64,000 nucleotides of DNA from Curvularia clavata (taxonomy: Eukaryota). Both the position numbers and the translations under genes were made by a program. The DNA is taken from positions 1,984,001-2,048,000 of the forward strand of contig CP089276.1 in assembly GCA_023920165.1 (NCBI GenBank). The letters are read 5' to 3'. This document shows positions 11,822 through 25,010 of the stretch, piece by piece. Each line of letters starts with the position of its first letter. Position 1 is the stretch's first letter. The notes beneath the pieces were generated by a model. It was not told the origin of the DNA, did no database searches, and saw nothing but the letters and a program-made list of their open reading frames with translations.

Positions 11822-12887
11822 ATGAAACCTGGATACTTCTTTCAATACCCTCTTGCTACCCTGTCTCTCATCTTCGCTTGCTCCGCTGAATCTCGCCCTC
11901 TTGACAGCATCATCGAGTCGTTCCATATCATTGCCGAGCAAGCGCCGCTTCGCGACTACATCATGGGCAAACCGGAAGAGCAGGTTTCAACCGGCGTCAT
12001 TATCTCCGATGTTATCGGAAAGACACAGGAGATTGCCATCTTCAGCGGACTAACAAGAGACATCGACGCCATCTCCGGACGGTTAGACGACGCTGCAAAG
12101 AATGCCACCGTACTTGCCCCTCACAACGCCGTCATGCGCGACTTGAAAAGGAAGCCCTGGGAAGACCCCGAGGATTACAACACTTTTGGTGCCGACGCGT
12201 ACGAGGGCGCTGGTGGAGAAGACCGCGCCAAGGCGAACCTGGAGCGCTTCGTTCAACGACACGTTGTACCCGAGAGCCCATGGGAAGAGGGCAAGAAGGT
12301 CAAGACGCTTGCAGGCAATGAGATCTGGTGGGAGTCTAGAGACGGCCAAAAGAAGGTAAGCAAGTCCAAGTTGGCATTCCCTTAGTCGCTGCACAACATG
12401 GGAGATGCCCCACCTGTTCGGAGGATGTGGTTCGCTTCTCGGCCCAACTACCCACGAAAATATTCGATGCAATTTCCAAAACTTCCATCAATCAACCAAA
12501 CAATTGGTGAGATGGCCGAGTTGGTTATGGCGCCAGGTTAAGGTTATCTTAACATCATATTCCTGGTCACGAAAGTGGCGTGGGTTCGAGTCCCACTCTC
12601 ATCAGCATTCGTCTGGCTCTAGTCAGATACCCCAGGTTCTTTTTTTCCTTTTTGGATCGTCCTCGTAGGCTATATCTGGTTAGGTATCATACCTCTTTGC
12701 TGTGGTGGTGTTGCTGCTCCAAATTGGTTTTGACTGCCTCGATTCATATTTTTTTTTGTTGCCAAGCACTCTCAGCCAGCACGCTAATTGAGTAATGCAG
12801 ATCCAACCCGGCAACGTCGAAGTCAAAAGCATCGCTGACAAGGTCTCTAACGGCGAAGTTTGGGTGCTTGGAGGTTCTCTCGCCTAA
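11822..12887 (+). CDS. FAS1 (fasciclin) domain-containing secreted protein; exons 11822-12355 and 12801-12887
   Basis: Signal-peptide-like N-terminus, NATVLAPHN, RKPWEDP, FVQRHVVP; intron GTAAGC(12356)..GCTAAT..CAG(12800); exon 2 IQPGNVEVKSIADKVSNGEVWVLGGSLA*. Confidence 0.85.
12506..12604 (+). tRNA. tRNA-Leu(AAG) with ~17-nt intron, nested in the FAS1 gene intron
   Basis: Acceptor GGTGAGA/TCTCATC, D arm GCCGAGTTGGTTATGGC, anticodon stem CCAGG/CCTGG with loop TT-AAG-G plus intron, long variable arm, T arm GTGGGTTCGAGTCCCAC; T-run terminator at ~12640. Confidence 0.93.
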
Positions 12888-13315
12888 ATCTGCTATTGTC
12901 GCAGGACATCTATCTCAAGCTTCCCAAGAGGCTTGAGGTGAACCTTTTGCTCGGCTCGTAACGTTACAGATCAAGGCTGGGCCATGATGATGAGAGTAAC
13001 AGAGCCTTTTAGACATACGAGACTGTATAGAATAAGTGCAGAAGTTATGATTATGGGCTCAATGGATACGGTGATGTTCATTCGCACTATTTTCACAATT
13101 TATCAGATAACTACGCTACAACACATGTAGTTTTCAGCTACTCGTTCTGAATTACCTTCGTGTTAGTTGCAAACTTGGGAAGTGTTGTAGCGAGTAGTTA
13201 GCATCACCATGTAACGATTTACGAAGGCATATCGTGATTATTTATGTATTACAGCTTCCAGGTCATATGATGACTGGATATGTTTAGTGTACTATAACGA
13301 ATCCTCAAGCGTCAC

Positions 13316-14398
13316 CTACAACATTGGAGTCTCCTCCCTCTCTCCAATAACGTTGAGGAACGCAGTGTGAACATGCTCCGTCAAATCGCTAGCCTGCAGC
13401 GATCTGCCCTTCTCCTTGAAAGCCAACTTGGAGCACTCCCTAGTGATACACGAGCCACCGTATGCTGCCAGCGCCAGTGTCTCGCTCCTCGACATCTCAG
13501 TCCCAATATCCCACAGCTTGTCGTGATACGCCTTCCTGTAAGCCAGCAGTGTTGCCAGACTGCCTGTCAAAGTATCACCCTGACCACCAGAGCGCTTCAG
13601 GCCACCCTCGCCCTCAGAGACAAGAGTATGTGCGCCGTTGGAAATGTAGTCCTTGGCGCCCTTCTGAATGATTGTAACACCACCGAAAGCCTTAGACAAC
13701 TTGGCACAAAGTTCCGAGGGATCTCCCTCGTTCACATCGACACCCTTTGCCTTGGCCAGTCTTCCAAACTCCACAACGTTGGGTGTCAGAATGCACTCTG
13801 TGCACCCTTCGACGAGTTCGGGTCTAGTCTGCGCAAGGAACAGACCGTCTGCGTCCAGCACGAACGGAATACCTTGCTTCCTGGCCTCTTCGATGACCTT
13901 CGCGCATGTGTCTTGCATAAGTTTGTCGCGACCAAGACCAGGACCAATTACAATGACATGAAGCCGCGACAGCATTCCGATGACTTCTGCGCTTACGCTT
14001 TCGGCACTCTCAGACTGTGCGAGGTTCTTAGATTGCCGCATGTACGGGTGTACCATGAGATTGGGAGAATAGGTCTTGATAACGGCGCCTGCGCCAGGCT
14101 CACATATTACGTGGGACTGAATTCATGTCAGCGAGTCTCCCAAAAGAAGCGAATATGGAATATGCATACCATGTCGCAACCTAGTTTTGCAGAGGCCATG
14201 GCGGAGAAGTAGGGCGCACCAGTGTAGTCCTCGCTGCCGCCGATGACTGCTACACGACCCAATTGCCCTAGAACGAGTTGATTAGAGACATTTATTACAA
14301 CCTGCTATAATTTCCATACCCTTGTGGAAGCTTTCAAGCATGGGCGGTACCATGTTGTAGACCTTCTTAAGAAGATCTTTCCTTGAAGCGGCAGCCAT
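13316..14398 (-). CDS. NNR2: ATP-dependent (S)-NAD(P)H-hydrate dehydratase (YjeF-C/CARKD family), multi-exon
   Basis: [63 protein letters not shown]. Confidence 0.92.
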
Positions 14399-15029
14399 TT
14401 TGGGTTTTTCTTGGATTAACAAATATAGATATCGTGCAAGTAGACCTAGATGGGAAAGTCGAGGATTTCAATGTTGAGAGAATAATGTTGTGAGCTTTCC
14501 GGTTCGACGGTTTTGTTATGGAGCTCACAGCGCATCAGGACGTCATAATGATAGTGGGGCATTGACGCGACGCGCCACATCTTGCAACGACATGGATGGC
14601 AGAGAAGGAAAAAAACGAGAACAGCTACGCACCAAATCAAACAAGACAAAAGTCACACGCAGCAGTTGGGAAGTCGTGGTGTTATTTGTTCAATTTATCA
14701 ACTAAGTTTTTACTCCGTTGGCTGCCGTTCGGAATGACACCCATGAACATAGACATGTGCAGCAGAAATGGCTCGTACCTCCCTTGTCGAGCTCAAAAGA
14801 GTGCTGCTCGCTGAGCAGCATACGCATAAATATTACAAAAAGCAAGACCGCCAAAACTGGCAAAGGCCAGTGTACGCCAACGCAAATTCTCCATACGCGC
14901 GCGTCCCATGCTTGCCCAGCAAAATCCGCGATGGCCTGAAAACAATGGTAAAGTTATACCAAGATTGTAGGTATTGAAGTGGGAGAGACATCCATACTCC
15001 CTTAGCTGCCGGCGCAACCTACATGTGAT

Positions 15030-17012
15030 TTAAGCCGCGGCAGCATCTGTAACCTCAGGCTCAGCAGCGGTATTAGTAGCCTCCTCACTAGGCTTGGCCT
15101 CGGCTTGAGGCTCTGGTGCATCCTTGCTACCTTCATTGTCTGCTTCTGTCATGGCGACATCGCCGTCTGCGTCGGCTGGCTTCGAAGTGGTAGTCTCTGC
15201 TGCATCATCGCTCGTTTTCTCGTCAGTTCCAGCAGGCTTCTCGACATTCTTTTCTGAAGGCGAAGCCTCCTTAGCGGATTCGGACTTTTCGCGGTCTTCG
15301 TTCTTGACACCGTTGGCACCAGCTGGCTCGGTGTCAGATGCTAAAGCACCGCTCCATTTGGCGAGCAGTTCGGTGGAACGCTTTTTGAACGAAAATTCCT
15401 CCTCCATTGGAATGGATTCGAGCTTCATAATAGCTCGAAGGACCTTGTGGACTTTGGTCTTCTTGATGACCTCCGCCTCAAGATCCTCATGAGCCTCAAG
15501 CTGCTTCAGGTATTCAGACATGCTGGTCATATCCTCATCCTTGGGAGCCTGGTCGCGCGACAAAAATCCCTTTTGCAGACGATGTCGGAGGTAGAGGACC
15601 TGCTTCTCGCGCTTCTGTAACCGCTCTTCCTCAGTCATAGGTGGCTCCTCAGGTACTACAGGCTCCTCGCTAGCCTTCTTCTTTGACTTGGGCTCCTTCT
15701 TCGGCTTTGCGGCAGATCCTTCTTTCGGTGTCTTTGTTGTGAGCTTAAGCTTGGTCTTGGGAGTCTTTGCAGGCTATCGATAAATTAGTTGATGCAGGCA
15801 AGGTTGTGAATACGGTGCATACCTTTTCGCTCTCGCCATCGCTCTCGTCGTCCTTCTTGCGCTTCTTGGTGGCCTTAGCCTTCTTAGCAGACGGAGCAGC
15901 ATCAGCATCGTCCATGTCAGCATCTTCTGACTTTCCTGCCGCTGTGCTCTTGCGCTTGGCGGCTTTTTCGGCCTTCTCCTTTTTCTGCTGTTCTTTCTGC
16001 TCCTTCTGCTCGATATCTTCCTGCATCGCAGTCTCATGGGCAGAGAGCATCTCCTTGAAATATGCCAGATCGTGTCCCTCAGCAGCAATCTGATATGCCT
16101 CCCAAAGAGCTTTGTTCCTCTTTCCCTGGTTGCCGGTCTCTACGTCTTTCTTCACTTCGTCAAGATCAAACGGCAACAGATCAGTGTTGACTTGCCATGC
16201 ACTGTCGATTCTGGTTAGCAAACGTACTAGCTAGAAGCGCAAGAGGCTGTGAACTTACAACTCATTAGTACCCAAAAACATGATGGGGTATCGTCGATCT
16301 TTCGCGTTTTTGCCACCCTCCAGGAAGTCTTCTCGGTATGTGCCATCAATGCGCCTAGCACTGACAGGACGCTTGCTGAGAAGTGATTCGGGAAGCATTT
16401 CCTCGTCGCACACAATAACTGGCCATGGTTGGTATCCACGCATAGCAACCATGTGCATGTCTCCAGGCGATACATTCAAGCGAAGCTCAGGAGCCTTCTT
16501 TCCTTTCTTAGCTGGTGTCTTCTTCTTGTGCTCGGGAACACCAGCGCCCGATTTGCGCTTGCCGTTGGCAGCCTTTTTGGGTGCCGGGGTGCCATTGGTC
16601 GCTGGCGCGTCGGAGGTAGGGGCGGCTTCTGCGAGGATGCATTAGTATATGGAATCGACAAGTAAAGGATTTTCACGTTGCTTCGAACGAACGGAGTCTT
16701 CCTTCACTTACCCGCATCATCGCTTCCTGCAGCGGCCTCTCCCTGCGCGTCAGTGGTGACATCATCCTTCGCGGCGGTATCTTCTTGGGCGTCTTTGTTT
16801 TCCGACACTGTTGGCGATCATGTCAGAATACATTGCCAAGTTTCCAAAGATGATTCCTTACCTTCAGCAACGCCAGAGGTTGCTACAGCGCCGTTCTCAG
16901 CCGGCTTTGCCTCTGCGACGGCAGGTTGAGCAACAGCATCGGTAGAACGCGTCGCCTCCTCCGTGGTGTTCGCAGCGTCCACAGGCACGGGTGCTTTCAC
17001 CTCGTCTGCCAT
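15030..17012 (-). CDS. PWWP-domain chromatin protein (Pdp3/Ioc4-like), multi-exon
   Basis: VAMRGYQPWPVIVCDEEMLP (PWWP variant), YPIMFLGTNE; C-terminal VLYLRHRLQKGFL...KTKVHKVLRAI. Confidence 0.85.
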
Positions 17013-19907
17013 TGTGCGAGTCACGCTCACGCTGATGTAGTGTCGTGTCGACGCGTAAGCGATGCGCAGGATCGCGATTTAGGTCGTTGATGGGTTGAGT
17101 GCGATAGCAAGACCGCGTGGTTGATGGTTGACAGCGCGGATTGATGGGGCGCGGTGGGTGAGGTGGCTGGGTTGGTTTGTGGTGGTGTGGGGAGGGCGAG
17201 AGAGAAGAGATCGGAGACGCAACTCTTCAACTTTCCAACGACGCCAGGCGCAGCACGTGACGTTGGCCAGTCTGCCCGCAACGAGCGCTCTATCGATTTC
17301 GAAAAATTTCGAGGTGATTCAGCACCGTCTCTTGATTCACCGACCACTTTATGGTAATGTTGCAGCAAGCGTGTGGGCTGTTTGCTGTGTTGTGGGAGTT
17401 GGTTGCTCTGCTATCGCCGCCTTCCAAGGTTTGGCGGGATGTGATGACTTTGGTCCGTGCTGGAGTACAAAGCAGCTGCGCCTTCAGCCAGGCAACCCAC
17501 TCACAACCAAAGTGAAAGGGGCCCGTATATGATACAAATCCAAAGGATGTCATCTTCCGGTGCAGCTCCGTTGATGGTTTCCTTGTAGGCTAGCCGAGCC
17601 ACGATGGACGGTCGATTGGCTTCGATTGGCAGGCGCCAGTATCGTGTCATGAGAAGCTTCTAGGTGAAGACGCACGTCGTTGGCAGAATGAAGACTCTTC
17701 CAAATCAGCTTCCCTAGCTCTTGCTCTCACTGCGCAAGCCGTACGCGTATCATCAATTCGTTTTGCTGTCCTTGGTGACGTCGGTGATCGTCAATGGTTA
17801 GATTAGCGGCAATACATCAAAACATTTGACTGCAGGGTCTCAGACACGGTCGATAGGGATGATTCGCATTTGTCTACACTTACAAACTCGTCAGCTTGGA
17901 TACTCCTTTATTTTAAGGACCCGAGAGGACACTTACTATTCTTGTAAAACTCCCCTTTCATGATGTCTGTACCTCTCTTCCTAGATGAAAGCAATTTATT
18001 TCCGCCTGCTTACCTTATTGAGACGCATACCTCAACCTGATGGTCTTCATTTGATGGCATAACCTCTCAAGGTACACTGGAGAGATTGATGCGGACACGG
18101 CGCTTGGAAGAAGGCATCCAGAGCCCTGCAAGAATCCCCACAAAGACTGGCTGTAGCTGCCACGTCGCATGCAGAAATGAGGGCAGGAAACCGTGACCAT
18201 AAATCCGAATGACCTGTCGATCACTGGTTCCAATGTCTCTATGATCTGGCGGCATTCATTGAACCTAATGCTGTCTCTCAACCCTAGCGTATATGGTTTG
18301 TATGCTGAACGGCTTCCTTTCGCTGGACTTACAGAATAACAAAAGTCTCTGTTGCGCCCTGCTGTGTTTCTGCCTCTGTTATCATCTCATGGATTTATGA
18401 CTGTGCTGATCCATCTCTTCCAAGACTACGTCTGCCATGCTGGCAGTGATGGAATTAAGAGGCAGGCCAACCGAGTCACAAATATGGGATTACTAGCCAC
18501 CACTTCTTTGAAGGATTCCAAAGAGTTTAGGCCAAGCATTGTGGGCTTCGTGAAGCCAATCTGTAACGCAGATGAGCGTGGAGGAAGGAGTGTGAATTTG
18601 AACATGCTGAAACATGTAAATCGTATTCGACAGAGAGGGTTCACTTATTCATGGAGTTCAAGCCTAGTCGTATTCCGATAGTTATGCGGCAAAGTTGCGA
18701 TCCAGGCAGGTTGGCTATAAGAGCTTTGCTGCATATGGAACACTCGTCGCCACATCGGAGCAAAGTCGAAATGGTCTTTATTCTCGTGCATACCCAAGAC
18801 CACGCTGAGCCGCTGCACCGGATTATCGCGGTCCGAAGGGTAGGGATTTCCGTACCCACGTTAGCTATCGATAAGCTAATAGTCGTCTGGTACAGCACGC
18901 GACGGATGCAGCTGCGTTTCCTTCAATCACCATTGCTAGCTCAACCAGTCGCAATGATATGTCGTGGTGCCAATTGCATATAGTCGGACTTGGTGTCGAT
19001 CACTAGCATGTCAAATAGGCCATGGCAAGCGACTTGCACGACCGTACGGAGTATCTTGATCATCGGCTACGATGACCTGCCGTGGCGCGAAGCGCGATGG
19101 GGATGATGGTTGTCGGAACTCTCAGCCATGGTGTATTTCGATGAGCATGTCCAGAGCTGCCGCTTCCCACCCTGGCGGCTAACGGTAGCTTCGAGGGCGG
19201 TTTGGATATCTGCGCACTCTGAAAACTGTAGTTTCCCAGTTATGCGCACTTCCAATGCATGTAGCCAGCCATCGGTTTCATCTAATCGCCGGTTGTCGGG
19301 ATCATGTATAGGAGCGGTCGAGCGAGGGGTGGAGGAGCGTCGTAGGAGCCATCGTATTCTCCTGGTCTTGTTTAATCAAACCCCAGCAAAGGGGTTAGCG
19401 GTTTGAGCACTGTGCAACAAGTATGTGAGGCGTTCGTTCGCTGGCAAGGTCTGGGGCGTTGATGGTGTTCGATGTGGGCAGTTTCCACGAGCGAGTGGCC
19501 TCTGGTTATCGCTAGTGCTCATCACGTGTGGCATCAACGCCTGCAAAACCAAACACTGACCCAAGCAATGTTGCATTGAACCAAATTCGTTCAGTGAATT
19601 CAGTGATTCCTTGCTTCACTGCACATGAACAGAATAAGATGTATCTGTGACTATAGTCCAGCTCAGGGCTAGTGCATGGCATTCATGTAATCGCAGGTTG
19701 CAATTGTAGGCTTGTGCTGGGTCTCCAAGGCCGCCTAGAACTTCTGTCATACGCTTCGAACATTTGCAAAAGCCTTAACCGCTAAAGGCCGCTTCGCGCA
19801 TGCTTAGCGTGATGTAATTACAGGCCCGAGCAGCCGCAGCCCTGGATTTGGTCATAAAGTTGCGCAATACCCTCCCCGCCGTATCCACGTCCTACCCCGT
19901 GAGCAAC

Positions 19908-20457
19908 ATGGCAACAGAAGCGGGTGCCCACAATGGCGCACCAGATGGCGATTATCAGGCACTGTGGGCAAACAAATATCGAGGCGTATGTTGCTTCGAC
20001 GGCCTGGCGCTGATACCTCCTGGCTAATAACTTGTAGGCGACAGTAGAAGACCTCGATCCCCCGCCCGCCCTCTCCGTCAAACCCACTGACCCGATATCA
20101 TGGGCTCTCATGTCCGGCCTTGAGCGCGACTACACCCATCTCACTGTTACTGCAGAGGAGAACCGCGCATTGCTGGGATACATCAGCATTCCTCGTCTCC
20201 AGCAACTCCTCAAGGAAGGCAAAGTCAAGGACAGTGATCCGGTTGAAGAAGCCATGCACAAGTTCCAGCGACGCGGCAGGAGATACAAGGTCATTACCAC
20301 AGAAACGCCGTTGGAGGAACTCGAGGAGTTCTTCAATGGCGGAGTAGACGGTAGTGGAAAGCAGGAGTTCGCCGTGGTGACTGATGCAAGCAGAAAGTTT
20401 GTGCTTGGCGTGGCTACAAGGGCTGATCTGGAGAACTTTGCCAAAAGGAGGGCATGA
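19908..20457 (+). CDS. Small CBS-domain protein (2 exons)
   Basis: MATEAG...NKYRG|GTATGT..TAG|ATVEDLDPPPALSVKP...ERDYTHLTV...FAVVTDASRKFVLGVATRADLENF. Confidence 0.8.
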
Positions 20458-21060
20458 AGGAGCACCGTATTTCCATGAGTGTCGAGGATTATGTCGCATG
20501 GACGGGCCAAGATGGTATGCATTGGCAGGCGTTACTTGGGATACCAATGATCACCCATGCAAATGGAGGGACGATTAGGCACATGCCTCACAATCCATGG
20601 AACTCCTAGAGTCTTTTTGTTTACAAAATTCAACAGTACCAATTTGTACCAAATCGAGACTTGCTAATTTGATCCCCGTTGCGCTAGCAGATAGCCTTGG
20701 TGGGACGCGGGCCTTGACCTCTCCATCTCCAGCAATGTCCATTCCATAAAGTCTGACTAACTCTGCAGTCGATGCCATGTTTTCAAGACAAGTTTGCAAA
20801 TCGACAACCACCAACGGTCTCGCCTTCCACAGACGTCATGATAAGGCCCAGTGCCTTCTATGCTGACTCATGTCCGCTCCCCCATCTCATTCCCGATGTT
20901 TTTCCCATGTGCAGACCACGATCTCGGGTTTCCCCGCATACCGCAGGCTGGACAGTGGCTCTTAATGTAGCTTGAACCTTAACCCACTACAGGGGTTTGA
21001 AGAAAAGTACCTGGATTCACACAACTTGCTCCTCTTCTTGTGGACAAGGCAGCCGCTGGC

Positions 21061-22376
21061 ATGCTCGCATCTGCCTTCCGCGTTCGCAGTAAACCCCTCC
21101 TCCAGCAACCACTATCACAAGCCTGGAGAACTACAGCACGGCCATTCACACCACAGCGTGCACGCATTTTATCAGCGGCAACAGCCTTCCAAAGACAAAC
21201 GAGATGGTTGGCAAACGATGCATTGAAAGCGCGAGTGGGCGCTGGGACGACTACGCCCGTTCCTGAGAATGCGGATCCGCCAAAGTCCAAGCCGCCATTC
21301 TACTTTGCGACTGGATATGCGCTCTTCGCAAAGCGACCTTCGAGGCCATTTCCCCCACCGTTTCTCTCCTTACCATCGACGAGTTTCTCGGAGCCACTGA
21401 GTACACATGACAAAAGTCGGGATCGGCGACCGACCGTGAACGGGCAGATGATTCGAGGGGTCACAAATGGCGACGACGCGGTGCTAGTCAGCGAGAGTTT
21501 TATAGCCGCGAACGACGGCGTAGGAGCATGGGCTGCAAGGGAGAAGGGGCATGCAGCGTGAGTTAACCAAAACCTTTGTACTTGTTGAATTGTCACTGAC
21601 ACGACGTGTCGCATAGTCTCTGGTCCCGCCTAATTGCTCATTTCTGGGCCCTCGAAGTCGAAGCCGCAACCTATAATGCTACAACACCCCCAGAACCAGT
21701 CGCCTACCTCCAAACAGCCTACAAACTCACTCAGCAAGCCACCTCGGAGCCCAACGAGTGGCACGGCACAACAACTACGTGCAGCGCGCTTCTCAGCACC
21801 GACAACGAAGAACCAAACCACCCCATCCTCTACGTAACGCAACTCGGAGACTCCCAGATTCTCGTCATACGCCCGGGTAGCAGGGAAGTCATATTCAAGA
21901 CGCAGGAACAGTGGCACTGGTTCGACTGTCCCCGGCAACTAGGCACAAACAGCCCCGACACACCGACTCAAAACGCCATGCTGGATCGCGTGCAGATTCA
22001 GGAAGAAGACGTGGTGATTGCCATGACGGATGGCGTGGTGGATAATCTATGGGAACACGAGATTGTGGAGAATGTGTGCGATAGCATAGAGAGGTGGGAG
22101 GCTGATCAGCACAAGCAGACGGAAGATCAAAAATATCCCGATGAGATGCAGTTTGTGGCTCAGCAACTTGTCAATGCTGCAAGGGATATTGCGCTGGATC
22201 CGTTCGCTGAAAGTCCTTACATGGAGAAAGCTATCGACGAAGGTCTGTCTATAGAAGGAGGTTCGTATTTCCCGAGTTCTTGATTCAGAGGCCTTGTTCT
22301 CTTGCTGACAACTGTTCCAGGCAAACTTGACGATATCAGTGTCGTGGCAGCTCAGTGCAAACGGCGCAAAGGCTGA
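21061..22376 (+). CDS. PTC7: Mitochondrial PP2C-type protein phosphatase PTC7/AZR1-like (3 exons)
   Basis: NGDDAVLV, ANDGVGAW, GTTT, QLGDS, QWHWFDCPRQLG, MTDGVVDNL, GG|KLDDISVV; N-terminus resembles a mitochondrial presequence. Confidence 0.87.
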
Positions 22377-23086
22377 GACTATGGCTTTGACATTCAGAAG
22401 ACTGGAATCCTACGAAAACACAACCATCATCTTCTACGACTCACCAGTGTCGAATTTCATGTACGGGAATAGCACATACGCAGATCCCTTGATGACATGG
22501 AATGGACGAAGCGGGCATTACAATGAAGGCTTGTATCATCCATGGCTTAATGCACCCACAGAGCATTGTGCTGCCATGCTGACACACAAAAAGTGGACTA
22601 AACCACTCAGGTTGCCAAATGCCGCTCAGAGCAAGAAATGATGAGGAATCATTGGCAGTGCGAGGACACGATCCTAGCGTCATTTGGCACACTTTTTTTT
22701 GAAGAAGCACAGCATCGAGCGGGATGTGAGAGAAAATTATATGACGTTTCATTGAAATACATACTCGAATTAACCATGTGGTTGCCCAGGATAAGCACTG
22801 CATTGCTCACCTGTTGATTCTAGACACGCTCAAATCATCATGTTATACTTACACAGTACTTTTGATGGAATGAAACTGCAGTTCTCGATGATGCGTGGGC
22901 GAGGATTCAAATGATACCGTCTTGACAAGTCAAGGTTGATAGCGGTCAGAACAGCAGGGCGTTCTTCGACTCGGTTCCACAACCAAGACATGTGGAGATC
23001 ATAGTCTGAGGACACGCGATACAAATAGCAGAAGTCATTAAAGCTCAACTGCTCCCTCAGCTGCGTTTCCTTCGGACTGACAATCT

Positions 23087-24427
23087 TCAAGGAGAGCGAG
23101 AGACACGGCGTCTGCCCTTACCAGTTTTGCTGCGAGATGGTGACCTGCTGAAACTTGGCGAGCGTTTGCGCTTCTTGACGTCAGCGCGAGAATCGTTGGA
23201 TTCTGCATCAGAGGAGGAATATCTGCGTCGTCGCTCGCGCACAGGGGTTACAGATCGGGGAGACCTCGAAGGAGAGCGACCTCGACGGCGTGGAGGGCTG
23301 TGCGACGGTGACCTTGTTCGGAGCCTGGGCGCTGGTGAGCTCGACTTGTTACGGGGAGAGCTAGATCGCGAAGTGTGCCTTCTCTTGTCCTGATCAGGAG
23401 ACCGAGACCTATCCCTGCGCGCTTCCCGCCGTCTAGCAGGTGGGGAATTGCTTCGTGAAGGAGACCTGCGTCGCGTGCGGCGAGGCGGAGACCTAGAACG
23501 ATCGGAGGATGGTGAGCGACGCGTTCGGCGCCTGGGCGGACTGCGCGATGGTCCTGACGATGGTGAGCGACGTGTACGACGATATGGTGGGGATGCAGAA
23601 TGACTGTTCGAACGACGGCGTTCGCGAGACCTGTCATACCGCCCTCCGCGTCCGCGGCCTCTGGGCATGTAGACATCGCGCTCACGGTTTGGTGGGGAAT
23701 ATCTTCTTCTCCTGTCACATGTCAGCAACCCAGTCTTCTTGTCTAGTGGCATGTTGCGTACGGTGATCTCGAGTCGCGTCGAGGTCCCCTGTCAAAGTCT
23801 CGGCCTCGTCCTCTACGATCGCTGCCGCGATATCGTCCGCCTCCACCACCACCACGTCCGCGTTCGGGGCGGTCTGAACGTTCGCTCCGACGGAAAGAGT
23901 CGACCATGGTGTTCTGTGCTTGACTTTCAGCGCGGCGTGCATCAGCAGTGGCTTTGGAAAGCTGCAAATCATGTCAGTAACGCTGGTGGCATGAGCCGGC
24001 AATACGTTGTACCTGTTCTTTCTGCAACTCGGCTTTCTTCGCCTCCAAAAGCTCGCGCGGTACACCCATGGGACTCTCCTGGGCACTGAGCATGAGGTTC
24101 CATAACTCTTTGCAGAACGGTGCTGTTTCCTTTTCCAAGAAGCCCGTGAGCTGGATTTGGATTTCTTTAATTTTAGGCTAAGTGGGTTCAGTATTGTCTG
24201 AGAGAGATTAAAGGCCAGAAGATACTCACGAACTGGCTCTGCTCAATCAAGTTGTAGCATGTCTCGACAATTATGTCATCTTCATTGCCGAGGATGGTAG
24301 TGAGCTTATTGGCAATCCACCTTTTGATCAGGTCAATGTTGACTTTCTCGATGTCGACCTTCTGGTTGAACTCGGGCGGAAATTTGGTCGCCATGAGGCG
24401 CTTCTGGTCGACGCTGAGGAGCGCCAT
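23087..24427 (-). CDS. PWI-domain, RS-rich splicing factor (SRm160/SRRM1-like), multi-exon
   Basis: TKFPPEFNQKVDIEKVNIDLIKRWIA...QIQLTGFL...FCKELWNLMLSAQESPMGVP; long RS/SP-rich tail. Confidence 0.87.
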
Positions 24428-25010
24428 GGTGGCAAGTGGTGGTGGAGTTGGATTGCGCGAGAGCGAGTGAGGTGTATGGTGAGAGGGACGCGACGTTGAA
24501 AGCTCGAGCTCACATGGGTCCGTCGCGGGCTTGGCAACAACCTCGAGGACTGGATTACGTCAGTCGCTCATGCAGGTACTACACATCACACTAACTCGGT
24601 TGGGCTCGAGTATTGGTCTTCCGTTCTGCCTTTCCTTCACCTTGGAGGTTAATATAGAGTTTTATGAAGATCAACCCATATTTCTGGGCATTGCACCGTG
24701 GGACGCTTTGAATATGGATTTGATCGTTGCTTCCCAGGCCGGCTTTGCACTCCCATTCCGGCATTCGCGCATCACCTGGAAGTGTATGCCTGCTATAGCC
24801 ATCGCCTCCTCCTGCCAACTTGGAGTTTGCTGCTAGCTCTTAACTTCCTCGAATTCTCAATATAATAAAGTTTCTCCTCCTAGAGCCTTACTTCACAGCC
24901 ACCTCTCGGCCCTCATACAATTTTCCGTTGCATTTGTCCTCGTCCAGTTACTGTTCACAGGCCTCAACTCCAATACCTTTGATATATCCGTCAACCAGTC
25001 CTCGATTACA

